DNA of 64,000 nucleotides from Acidobacteriota bacterium (GTDB lineage: Bacteria > Acidobacteriota > UBA6911 > RPQK01 > JAJDTT01), in assembly GCA_965263035.1 (NCBI GenBank), contig OZ253580.1, positions 5,440,001 to 5,504,000 on the forward strand. Reading direction: 5' to 3'. The notes beneath the pieces are model-generated. The model ran no database searches, was not told the DNA's origin, and saw only the letters and a program-made list of their open reading frames with translations. Each line of letters begins with the position of its first letter. Positions within the stretch are counted from its first letter, which is position 1. Positions 47,917-57,196 of this stretch are shown here, piece after piece. Position numbers and translations under genes: made by a program.

Positions 47917-49119
47917 TCAGCTGAGGAACCGTTCCAGCCGCTCCAGACCCTCCTGAATCACGTCCATGCTCGTGGCGAAGCTGAGCCGCACGCAGCTGTC
48001 CAGCCCGAAGGCGGCGCCGGGCACCACGGCCAGATGGGCTTCCCCCAGCAGCCGTGTGGTCCATTCGACCGACCCCGCAACTCCCAATCTCGAATAGGTG
48101 CCGGAGACGTCGGGAAACACGTAGAAAGCACCGGCAGGTTCGGGACAGACCACGCCAGGAATGGCATTGAGCCGGCCGTGCAGGACCTTGGCCCGCCGCT
48201 CGAACTCGGAACGCATCTCTTCGACGCAGTCTTGATTTCCGGTGAGAGCCGCAGCCATGGCATGCATGGTGAAGGTCGCGGCGCCGCTGGTGGTCTGGGA
48301 CTGGAGTTTGCTCATGTTGCGGATCACGTCCTGGGGCCCTGCCACGTAGCCGATGCGCCATCCGGTCATGGAATAGCTCTTGGACATGGAGTTGAAGGTC
48401 AGGGTCCGCTCATAGGCGTGAGATGACGTGGCCGCGAAGCTCTTGTAAGTCCGGCCGCCGTATAGAAGCCGATCGTAGATCTCGTCGCTGATGACGGCCA
48501 CGTCATCCCGTTCGGCCAGGACCTCCGCCAGCGCGTCCGTCTCCTCGGGAGAGTAGACGGTTCCGCTGGGATTGCTCGGAGAGTTGAAGATGACCGCCGC
48601 GGTTCGAGGCGTCAGCGCCTCCCGGAGCTGCTGCGGGGTGATCTTGAAATCGGCGTCGACGGTCGCGCTCACGAACACGGGCACTCCGCCGGCGATCTTC
48701 ACCTGTTCCGGATAGGAAACCCAGTAGGGCGCGGGGATGATGACCTCGTCTCCAGGGTCCAGGACAGTGGCGAAGGCGAGCCAGAGACCCTCCTTGCCGC
48801 CGACCGTGACCAGGATCTGGGAGGGAGAATACTCCAGCGAGTTCTCACGGCGGAGCTTCTCGGCCGCGGCCTCCTTGGCCTCGGGAACTCCCGACGCGGG
48901 TTTGGCGTACTTGGTTTCTCCCGCCTCGATACAATCCAGTGCGTGTTTTCGGATATGGGCGGGAGTGGGAAAATCCGGTTCTCCCGCCCCCAGGCTCACC
49001 ACGTCGATCCCAGCCCGGCGAAGCTCGGCGGCCCGGTTGCTGACCGCGATAGTCGCCGACTCCTGTAGCTGCATAAGCCGCTGTGAAATCTTCAATCCCG
49101 TTCGCTCTTGAACACTCAT
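47917..49119 (-). CDS. PLP-dependent aminotransferase class I (aspartate aminotransferase-like)
   Basis: GEPDFPTP, PSNPSG, SDEIY, SMSKSYSMTGWRIG; start at ATG 49119. Confidence 0.95.
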   Translation of the reverse strand: MSVQERTGLKISQRLMQLQESATIAVSNRAAELRRAGIDVVSLGAGEPDFPTPAHIRKHALDCIEAGETKYAKPASGVPEAKEAAAEKLRRENSLEYSPSQILVTVGGKEGLWLAFATVLDPGDEVIIPAPYWVSYPEQVKIAGGVPVFVSATVDADFKITPQQLREALTPRTAAVIFNSPSNPSGTVYSPEETDALAEVLAERDDVAVISDEIYDRLLYGGRTYKSFAATSSHAYERTLTFNSMSKSYSMTGWRIGYVAGPQDVIRNMSKLQSQTTSGAATFTMHAMAAALTGNQDCVEEMRSEFERRAKVLHGRLNAIPGVVCPEPAGAFYVFPDVSGTYSRLGVAGSVEWTTRLLGEAHLAVVPGAAFGLDSCVRLSFATSMDVIQEGLERLERFLS

Positions 49120-49126
49120 GGCCGGG

Positions 49127-49155
49127 AGTTTAGTCGGGGGGTCAGACACTGTCAA
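49127..49155 (-). promoter_or_regulatory. Sigma70 promoter of the aminotransferase gene (probably leaderless)
   Basis: TTGACA-17 bp-TAAACT, ATG 7 nt after the -10. Confidence 0.75.
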
Positions 49156-49235
49156 TTGGACCCGCCGGGCAGCAGTGGGGCCGTGGAATGCTGGGGAAGA
49201 CCTTGCACTGAGTACACACTCGGCTATACCGGGGG

Positions 49236-49309
49236 TGCACCCGGCGGGACTCGAACCCACAACCTCCAGGGGAGTCAACCCGGTACTGTTCCAGTTCAGC
49301 TTCGGGCGC
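49236..49309 (-). tRNA. Atypical tRNA-like gene (8-nt or bulged anticodon loop; possible pseudo-tRNA)
   Basis: GCGCCCG AA GCTG AACTGGAA CAGT A CCGGG TTGACTCC CCTGG AGGTT GTGGG TTCGAGT CCCGC CGGGTGC A cloverleaf. Confidence 0.75.
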
Positions 49310-50262
49310 ACCCACCTTCGTGCCCATCCCCTCTGACATTCAGCAGAAGTTTTGAAGTTTCTGGTCGGGAGAGAATGGCATGAGGGTGCATTCGCTTGAA
49401 TCTCAGCGGGGGACTTCGCTACGGTGAACTTGTCCAGAGGAAGCGGGCATTGATACGGAAGAAATGATGAGTGTAATGAGACACACGCTAGGTCCAAACT
49501 ATATCGCCCGAGCGAGAGAAGCTCTGGACTTCTTTGGTAATGAGGCTGTAGGGGTCTACCCCGAACACGGAAAAGAATTTAGTGCAGGTTCGCCTGCCGC
49601 CTGTGAGCTATCTGCATCTAGAGACCCCCATATGCCAGTGGATGCACTGACTATGGCTACAGCGTTGATTGGGTCGGGCAGCGAACACGTCCTAGCCTAC
49701 AGCAGAGCCATCACGGAGCCGATTCTGACCACTGCTTGCTGGAGTTGCGCTCGTTCCGTGCTTGAGCCGTGTGCCTTCGCTTTATGGCTTCTCAATCCGC
49801 AAATTGATCCCCACACCCGTGGTGGAAGGGTATACGCTCTCCGTTACAAGAATATGGAAGAAGGGTTGAAGTACATCCGTGCGGTCAGTGGGACCGATAC
49901 GGACATACAAAAACAGAAGAGCCGTATTCGTGAAGTTGAACGAGAGGCGTTTAATTACGGATATCTTCCGCTCACTGCCAGAAGCAGGGGCGGTAAGAGA
50001 AAAGGCAAGCGGATCGGTATTGGTCAAGTTATGCCTTCGGCTACAGAAGTAATCAAACAAATGCTCGATGAGGAAGGAACGTATCGGGTACTCTCAGCCG
50101 CAGCTCATGCGCGCAGTTGGGCAATCAGGGTACTCGGAAAAAGAGAAACTGGGCACAGACGAAAGATTGAAAATACTCAGGTGGTTATTTTCGAGGCTCA
50201 CACTAAACCCGAAACGATAGCAGCATTTAGTGTTGCGTCGGCGAAAGCACTAGCCAAGTCAC

Positions 50263-52258
50263 CCCGGATTATTCATCACGCAAACATAAAATGAGCAAGC
50301 GTGCCCGTCATGTCGAGTCGGATCAGAGGGTTACCGGATACCCACAGAAAACGGCTGGGACCCGACCTGGGTGAAACTCTATATTAGTTTTCAACGTCGG
50401 TTTAAACTCAGGATTCAAGGGGGGCCGAAACCCAAGTATTTCCACGGTTTGCGTCCCCTCCAAGGGTGGCAAAAAGAGGTGGCGTGCCCGTCATTTGTGG
50501 TATAGTTATAGTGCTAAGAAACAACCACAAAGAACGGAGCACGCCATGCCTGAGACGATACCGCAGATCCGGCCCTCATTCAACCGATCCCTCCGCCTCG
50601 AGACCCGCCCCGAGTTGCTCAGTGCGGACACGGGAGCCCTGGTGCAGCGGGAGCTGATGGATCGCAGCGGCCTCATCGACTGGTTGACCGGGCGGTTGCA
50701 CGATCCGCGACACCCGAGTTCGATCCGCTATCCGCTGTCGGATCTGCTGCGGACTCGACTCCTGCTGCTGGGGCAGGGCTGGCGCGACCAGTCCGACGCC
50801 GACCGCCTGCGTCAGGATCCGAGCTTGCGGGTGGCGAGCGAGACTCGTCGGGGCACGGCGGCCTTGGAGGAGGGCCAGGGGCTGGCGTCGCAGCCGACCT
50901 TGTCCCGACTGCTGGACACGCTCAGCCGGGAGGAGAACCTTCCGGTCCTGCACCAGGCGGTGACGGAGCTGGCGTGCCGTCGGATCGAGATGATCGAAGG
51001 CCAGCGGCGAAAACGGGGGAAAAAGACCCCACGGAAGAAGAGACGGAAAAAGACGATGGTCCTGGACGTGGACGGTCTCCCGGTCGAGGTCCATGGGCAT
51101 CCCCCGGGAAGCGAATGGAACGGATACTATCGCCAGCGGATGTACCACGGGTTGGTGGCGAGTTGTGCCGAGACGGGGGACCTGATCGACGGGGAGATTT
51201 TTCCGGGAGCCAGCTACCTGGGGAAAAAGGCGCTGAAGTTGACGCTACGGGTGGTGGACCACTGTCGCGGGCGTCTGTGCGGCTCGATGATCGTGCGGAT
51301 GGATGCGGGGTTCCCGGAGCCGGGGCTGCTGAAGGGGCTGGAGTCGAGAAGCGTGCCCTATATCGCTCGAATCCGCAAGAATGAGGTCCTGAACCGGATG
51401 GCGAAGCCCTACTTGACCCAGCCGGCGGGGCGGTCCCCGAAAGCACCGCCGAGGCTCTGGTTCCATGAGCTGACCTACCAGGCGGAGAGTTGGGATCGGG
51501 CGCGCCGGGTGGTGCTGGTGGTGCGGGAGCGACCGGGGGAGTTGTATCCGGATCATTTCTGGTTGCTGACGAGCCTGAGCCGGAAGCGTTATGAGGCGGA
51601 AGCGTTGCTGGCGCGGTACCGCAAACGGGGGAAGGCGGAAGGCCACATGGGGGAGTTCATGGACGTGCTCGATCCGGCCTTGTCCTCCGCGAGCCGGCCC
51701 AAGACGCACTATCGGGGCAAACCGCTGAAGCCGGGAGCGAAGCCGGAAGCGACGACGGAGGCCGGAGTTCGACCCCACAACGAAGTCTTGTTCCTGCTGA
51801 ATCTGCTGGGGTACGAGATCCTGCACCTGGGTCGGGTGCTGATGGAGCAGGCGACGCGTCGGGGCTGGAGTCTGCGTCGTTTTCGCGAGCGGGTGTTGCG
51901 AGTGGCGAGTCGGGCGCTACGTCAGGGGAGGCGATTGATTTTCGTCATCAGTCAAGGGGCGACGGACTGGAAGCGGTTGTGGCAGAGACTGGCGCGGGTG
52001 TCCTGGGCGCCGGGATAGGGGACGGCGGAGGCATCGGGCCCGTGGAAGGGACCGAAACGGTGGGGATTTCTCACCGGAAAGTCAACCTGTCGGCGGGTGA
52101 CGGCCCCCTTGGCCGTTAAACGGTTTATGACTGGTTCAATCGTCCTGTTTTCGAGCCGATTCAGTCGAATCGACAGAGGTTCAAGAGAAACCGGGCTGCG
52201 ACCGCACGAAAACGCCGGGTTGGAAGCCCTTATCAACATGTCCCATGAATAATCTGGG
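50263..52258 (+). mobile_element. IS1380-family insertion sequence
   Basis: TIRs CCCGGATTATTCAT / ATGAATAATCTGGG; 5-bp target duplication GTCAC. Confidence 0.92.
50546..52018 (+). CDS. IS1380-family DDE transposase
   Basis: LASQPTLSRL, VLDVD, VRMDAGF, YRKRGKAE. Confidence 0.92.
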   Translation: MPETIPQIRPSFNRSLRLETRPELLSADTGALVQRELMDRSGLIDWLTGRLHDPRHPSSIRYPLSDLLRTRLLLLGQGWRDQSDADRLRQDPSLRVASETRRGTAALEEGQGLASQPTLSRLLDTLSREENLPVLHQAVTELACRRIEMIEGQRRKRGKKTPRKKRRKKTMVLDVDGLPVEVHGHPPGSEWNGYYRQRMYHGLVASCAETGDLIDGEIFPGASYLGKKALKLTLRVVDHCRGRLCGSMIVRMDAGFPEPGLLKGLESRSVPYIARIRKNEVLNRMAKPYLTQPAGRSPKAPPRLWFHELTYQAESWDRARRVVLVVRERPGELYPDHFWLLTSLSRKRYEAEALLARYRKRGKAEGHMGEFMDVLDPALSSASRPKTHYRGKPLKPGAKPEATTEAGVRPHNEVLFLLNLLGYEILHLGRVLMEQATRRGWSLRRFRERVLRVASRALRQGRRLIFVISQGATDWKRLWQRLARVSWAPG

Positions 52259-52386
52259 GTCACTGTGGGAACAGCACTGCTACGCTGGATGGGAAAAGAA
52301 GCACTTGATCGAAGTATTTGAGCAGACGTATAACAGACTTGGGATTAAAGAGATCAGACGCTTTTGGCGACAGCCGTCGTAATGTA

Positions 52387-54040
52387 GTTCCCATCCGGAA
52401 AGACGTAAGTTATTGGGAAATAAGGAGTAAGGAGACATTTTCAAGCCCCGGTTTTGTCATAGTCATTTGTTAGTCTGTTGGTCCCAAACAATAGACAACA
52501 AAAGACTTACGCAAAACCGAGGGCTTGAACAATGCGTCGAAAACGGCAAAGCCAGCGTCCGCTTTCCGGACTCTGGCCCGATCACCGACTCGCGCAGGAA
52601 CTGAGAGCCGTTTCCAAAATCTTGGATGACAACCCTTCGATCCTGGAACTGGTTCTACACGATCTGTGTGACACCGGCAGTTCCGGCCAAGGGGCTCCAG
52701 GTCTCTCCGCAGAGCAGGTCCTGCGCTCGGCCATCCTCAAGAACTGGCATCAGCTGTCCTACGCCAAGTTGGCGTTTCTCTTGAGCGACTCCCAAAGTTT
52801 TTGTCGCTTCGCCCGCCTGTCCTGGCACTGGTCCCCCAGTGCTTCCTGTCTGCAGGAGAACATCAGCCGCATCCAGGCCTCCACCTGGGGACAGATCAAC
52901 CGGCTCCTGGTCGGTTGGGCCGACCGCCAGGGACTGGAGCGGGGCCGCAAGATTCGAGCCGATGCCACCGCGGTGGAAAGTCACATCCCCTATCCGACCG
53001 ATTCCCAGTTGCTGTCCGACGCGATTCGGGTCCTCACTCGAACCCTTCGCAGGCTGGCCCAGCGTCAAAAGATCGTCTTCCATGATCACCAGCTCCGGGC
53101 CAAGCGTCGCTGTATGAACATCCGAAGCCACCGGGGCGCACGGCGCCGCCGAGCGTATCGGGATCTGTTGAAGGTCGCTCGCAAGACCGCTCATTACACC
53201 CGGATGCCGCTGCAGCAAGCTCACCTGTGGACGGATCCCCGCAGTCAGGTCAGGGCCGGGAAACTGCGCTATTACTTGGACTTGATGACGCGGATCATCG
53301 ATCAGACCGAGCGCAGGGTCCTGCACGGGGAGTCGGTTCCGGCCCAGGAAAAGGTCCGCTCTCTGTTTGAGGAGCACACCGACATCATCAAGAAGAAACG
53401 GCGGGAGACGGTCTTCGGGTACAAGCTGTACCTGACCAGTGGCGTCTCCGGCCTGATTCTGGATTTTGAGGTCGTGCGAGGGAACCCCAACGATGCCGCT
53501 CAGTTCCAGCCTTGGCTCACGCGTCAGTTCGACCTGTACGGCCGCTGGCCTCGACAGGCCAGCTTCGATGGTTGCTTCGCCTCCAAGGCCAACCTGCAAT
53601 GGGCGAAGGACCAAGGCATCCGAGACGTCGCCTTCGCCAAGAAACGTGGATTGAAGGTTCAAAAGATGGCGCGCTCCAGTTGAGTCTACCGGCAACTGCG
53701 ACGCTTTCGGGCCGGGATCGAAGGTTGCATCTCGATGCTCAAGCGCGTCTTCGGTCTTCGACGCTGCACCTGGAAAGGCTGGGCCCACTTTCAGCAGTAT
53801 GTGGGCCTCTCGATCACCAGCTTCAACTTGCTGGTCCTGGCCCGCCTGCTGTTGTAGCCGCAGCCTTGAAATTCATAGCCAGACGGCGGCTTCCAGGGAC
53901 CCGTGTGTCCAAAACCCGATGCCGACCCTCAAAGGAGTCGAAAATCCTTCTGTCGGCCCAGCCGACGCCGCTCTATTGCAGCTTTTTGTCCATGCCTCAC
54001 CCTATCCAATCCCCGAAAATCGGACTTTCCGGGTGAGAAC
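52387..54040 (+). mobile_element. ISNCY/IS5-like insertion sequence
   Basis: TIRs GTTCCCATCCGGAAAG / CTTTCCGGGTGAGAAC; flanked by TAATGTA on both sides. Confidence 0.85.
52532..53857 (+). pseudogene. ISNCY-type DDE transposase with in-frame TGA at 53681
   Basis: RADATAVE, PTDSQLL, FGYK, GNPND, DGCF; the RFRAGIEG motif lies after the stop in the same frame. Confidence 0.85.
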
Positions 54041-54048
54041 TAATGTAG

Positions 54049-54417
54049 TCACGAGAGCTGGTTGAGTTCTTGCTGTAGCTTAACCAGCTCTCGTAGTTTC
54101 TCCTCATCTGAGAGCTTGGGGTTGTGGTAGATATCCAACATGTCGCAGCCCAAACGCAGGACGGAAAGCGGCGTGCCCAGATTTTGTATGAGAGCCTGGA
54201 ACTGTGGGATTAGCTCTTTCATCTGACCATCAAGTTGTCTCGCTTCTGGCACTTCAGCAAAAGCGGCGCGAATCAGACTCAAGGCGGCGCTGGTTGTCCT
54301 GTCGAAAGTACGTACTGATTCCTGGCTAGACAAAATCAGTTCCCGGGCCATCTTGGTCGTGGTGGAAGCCTTTAGACGAGTTGGCCTGGACTTCACAAAG
54401 CCAATCTGTTTCTTCAT
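54049..54417 (-). CDS. Hypothetical protein (helical)
   Basis: 122-aa ORF in AT-richer DNA, convergent with the DUF5677-like gene. Confidence 0.55.
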   Translation of the reverse strand: MKKQIGFVKSRPTRLKASTTTKMARELILSSQESVRTFDRTTSAALSLIRAAFAEVPEARQLDGQMKELIPQFQALIQNLGTPLSVLRLGCDMLDIYHNPKLSDEEKLRELVKLQQELNQLS

Positions 54418-55322
54418 ATGCGTCTTTTTTCTTTACTTATGCCAGATGGCAGCAAAACGTGCTACGCTTTATTTCTCCCCAAGCTGGAGGTGCAGAATGA
54501 CGATTTCTGACATTCTTGATAGCATGGTCAATGATGCCGAAAGCATCATTGACACCCTCCTCGTATCCAGATCGGTCCGACGCAGTAACCTTCCCAAGAG
54601 AAAACTCCTGTTCTTTCCGGTCGAGCAGGATGAGACGTTCCTGGCTTCATCACTGATTCCTCCTCCGGATAGTAGCAGATCCTCCACCATCCATGTAACT
54701 CCCAAACCGGTCATCGGACGACGAACGAAACAATCCATTCGACTATCGCCCAAAGTATTGCGCTTATATTCTAAACTAGAGTTTTCAGGGCAGAGGGAAT
54801 GACCACCATCGTGAACACGGCCACCACAAGAACAGCGATGATCGCCACTATCCTTACGATCACCCACAGAACGACTCCTGCGCCGCCGTTATAGGTTTCC
54901 TGATTTCTCATTAACGATCTCTGCCTCCATTTTTACAGGGACTACCTCGGCACTAGTACGACTCCATCGCTGGACGGGCGCTTCTCCTCGAACCCCTTCT
55001 GGAACTCCCGAAACATCTCGTCCACTTCGGTCCCCCGCGAACAGAGTTCCTTTTCCAGAGCCTTGGTGAACGTTGTCTCCGTCGTGTTCATCAAGTCCGA
55101 ATGGATTTCAGGACCAAAGTGTTCCGCTAAGAATGTAACGAACAAATTCCCTCCGTGGTAAAGGTTGGTGATGGCAATAGTGAGCGACGAGTCCAACCCC
55201 CAACAGCAAGAAAACGCTCCCCTCGCCGACCACTGATGTAATCCAATTACGCATCGGCACCTGCCGTCACCTGGGCTCTTGAGCACGCGATTTCACTCAA
55301 CTCTGGAGGCATCGCCGGGCCG

Positions 55323-55553
55323 ATGCAACTGGCAGTTCTGGAGAAGAAGTCAAGAAGGCCTGACGCCCATCTCCTGTCGGATGACGAACTTGATGACCAC
55401 AAGGCAAATGCGAAAGACGCCGAAGCCTATCTTGGCGAGTACCAGATCATGGAAAAGAAGGTACTTCCACCAGTGAAACAGATCCCCAAACGTTCCAAAC
55501 TTTCTCGTCGACAACGGAAAATGCAGAAGGCGAAGCGAGCGAAACGGGGCTGA
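55323..55553 (+). CDS. Hypothetical protein with basic C-terminus
   Basis: 76-aa ORF ending near the island edge; upstream GGAGG. Confidence 0.35.
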   Translation: MQLAVLEKKSRRPDAHLLSDDELDDHKANAKDAEAYLGEYQIMEKKVLPPVKQIPKRSKLSRRQRKMQKAKRAKRG

Positions 55554-55703
55554 CTCTACCCCCCCCTGCATATCGAGACCCAAAGTCCTCTCCAACATTC
55601 TACGGCCCCACTACCCGCCGGGCCATAATCGAGCCGGATGGCGTTGACCCGCAAGGGGGCTTCTGTAAGGCTTCTACGGGATGATGACGGCGAGGATTCG
55701 GGC

Positions 55704-57053
55704 ATGAAACCGTTGGCGGTGATATTGGTTCTGTTGGTGACTGTTGCGGCCGGTTGGGCCGTCGCCACTTGGGACTCGTCGCCTCCCGAAGTTCTTTGGA
55801 TCGATCCGCCCCGAATCGTGGGGCCCAAGACGGAGATCCAGGTAGAGGCCAGAGATCAAGGCCGGGGCCTCAAGTCCCTGCGGCTCCTGCTTCGCCAGCA
55901 GGGAAGAGAACGGGTGGTGCACGAAGAGAACTTCGACGAGGCCGGTTTTCTCTGGACGGACGGGACTCTCGAGCGCCGGCTGGAGCTCCGTGTGTCCGAT
56001 CTCGCCCCGCGTGACGAACTGGCAGAAGGCCAGTTCACGCTGGAGACTCAGGTCCAGGACCACGCGAGTCTGGGACTCTGGTCACGGGAAACGGTCGAGG
56101 AACAGACCTTCCATTTAGACCGTACCCCTCCTCGAATTGAGGTTCTCTCCAACCAGCACTATATCCGTCAGGGCGGATCCGCCGCCGTCCGGTACAGATT
56201 GTCCGAGGCGGTCCATTCCAGCGGAATCCAAGTGGGGGACCGGATCTACGCGGGGTACCCCGTCCCCTCCCAAGAAGACGGCGTCTACATCTGTCTTTTC
56301 GCCCTGGGTCACGATCAGAACAGAGAAACCCCCATGACGGTATGGGCCCAGGACGCGGCCGGTAACCGGGGCCGGGAAAACTTTTGGAAGAAGGTATTTC
56401 CGGGCCGTTTCCGAAAGCGAAACCTCAATATCTCCGACCGCTTCATGGAGCGGGTCCTCCCTCGGATAACGGAGCGTAGCGACCAGGTCAGGGCAACCTC
56501 CGATTCACTGGAGACGTTTCTCGAGGTCAACGGATCGTTGCGCCGAGTCAACAACCGGCAGATTGCCGAGATGGCTGCCCAGAGCGCCGCCACGCCTCTC
56601 TGGACCGAGGAGTTTCTGCAGTTGAGCAATTCCCAGGTTGAATCGTCCTTTGCCGACTTCCGCTCCTACTTCTACCGAGGGAAGATGGTGGACGAACAGA
56701 CTCACCTGGGATTCGATCTGGCCTCGCTGGCTCAGGCTCCGGTGGAGTGCTCCAATGACGGCGTCGTCATCTATGCCGACTATCTGGGGATCTACGGCAA
56801 CACCGTGGTCGTGGATCACGGTCTCGGCCTCCAGTCGCTTTATGCTCACCTGAGCCGTTTCGACGTGGAGGTGGGAGAAGAGGTTCGGAAGCGGCAATCG
56901 CTGGGACGGACCGGCCAGACCGGCTTGGCGGGTGGGGACCACCTGCACTTCACCATGGTCCTCCATGGCACTCAGGTGAACCCGATCGAGTGGTGGGACC
57001 CGGCCTGGGTCCGGAAGCGGGTCCTGTCCAGGCTGGCCCCTCCCGGGGAATGA
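55704..57053 (+). CDS. M23 family metallopeptidase
   Basis: HLGFD, YGNTVVVDHG, YAHL, HLHF zinc motifs; N-terminal anchor. Confidence 0.93.
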   Translation: MKPLAVILVLLVTVAAGWAVATWDSSPPEVLWIDPPRIVGPKTEIQVEARDQGRGLKSLRLLLRQQGRERVVHEENFDEAGFLWTDGTLERRLELRVSDLAPRDELAEGQFTLETQVQDHASLGLWSRETVEEQTFHLDRTPPRIEVLSNQHYIRQGGSAAVRYRLSEAVHSSGIQVGDRIYAGYPVPSQEDGVYICLFALGHDQNRETPMTVWAQDAAGNRGRENFWKKVFPGRFRKRNLNISDRFMERVLPRITERSDQVRATSDSLETFLEVNGSLRRVNNRQIAEMAAQSAATPLWTEEFLQLSNSQVESSFADFRSYFYRGKMVDEQTHLGFDLASLAQAPVECSNDGVVIYADYLGIYGNTVVVDHGLGLQSLYAHLSRFDVEVGEEVRKRQSLGRTGQTGLAGGDHLHFTMVLHGTQVNPIEWWDPAWVRKRVLSRLAPPGE

Positions 57054-57056
57054 GAC

Positions 57057-57196
57057 AGGAGGGGCGACTTTCTTGTCGCCTGCTCTTCTGCCGGAAAGTG
57101 TACAGGGGGGACTCCGTCCTCCCTTGACCCCCCTGTCGGCGACAAGAAAGTCGCCGCTCCACCCCCCTATCGGCGGCAAGAAAGCCGCCGCTCCTA
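57057..57196. repeat. Cluster of three REP-like palindromes (BIME-like) between convergent genes
   Basis: GGCGACTTTCTTGTCGCC, GGCGACAAGAAAGTCGCC, GGCGGCAAGAAAGCCGCC, each with a GGAGnG foot. Confidence 0.8.

Larger units (their letters stand above)
49464..52382 (+). pseudogene. DUF5677-like hypothetical protein interrupted by IS1380
   Basis: RSVLE and YRVLSAAAH motifs; frame resumes after the IS (LWEQHCYAGW...FWRQPS*). Confidence 0.75.
49160..55623. mobile_element. Genomic island with att-like ends
   Basis: ACCCGCCGGGC direct repeat at 49160-49170 and 55613-55623; inverted arms 49174-49205 / 55581-55612 (27/32); AT-richer content; two IS. Confidence 0.75.

Noticed and set aside
49376-49391. 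Sigma54 promoter-like TGGCAT...TGCA before the DUF5677-like gene
   Set aside because: GG-to-GC spacing is 9 nt rather than the required 10.
49120-49497. N-terminal extension of the aminotransferase; also tmRNA at 49236
   Set aside because: The extension runs through the promoter and the tRNA-like gene. The RNA is a closed 74-nt cloverleaf with no tag reading frame.
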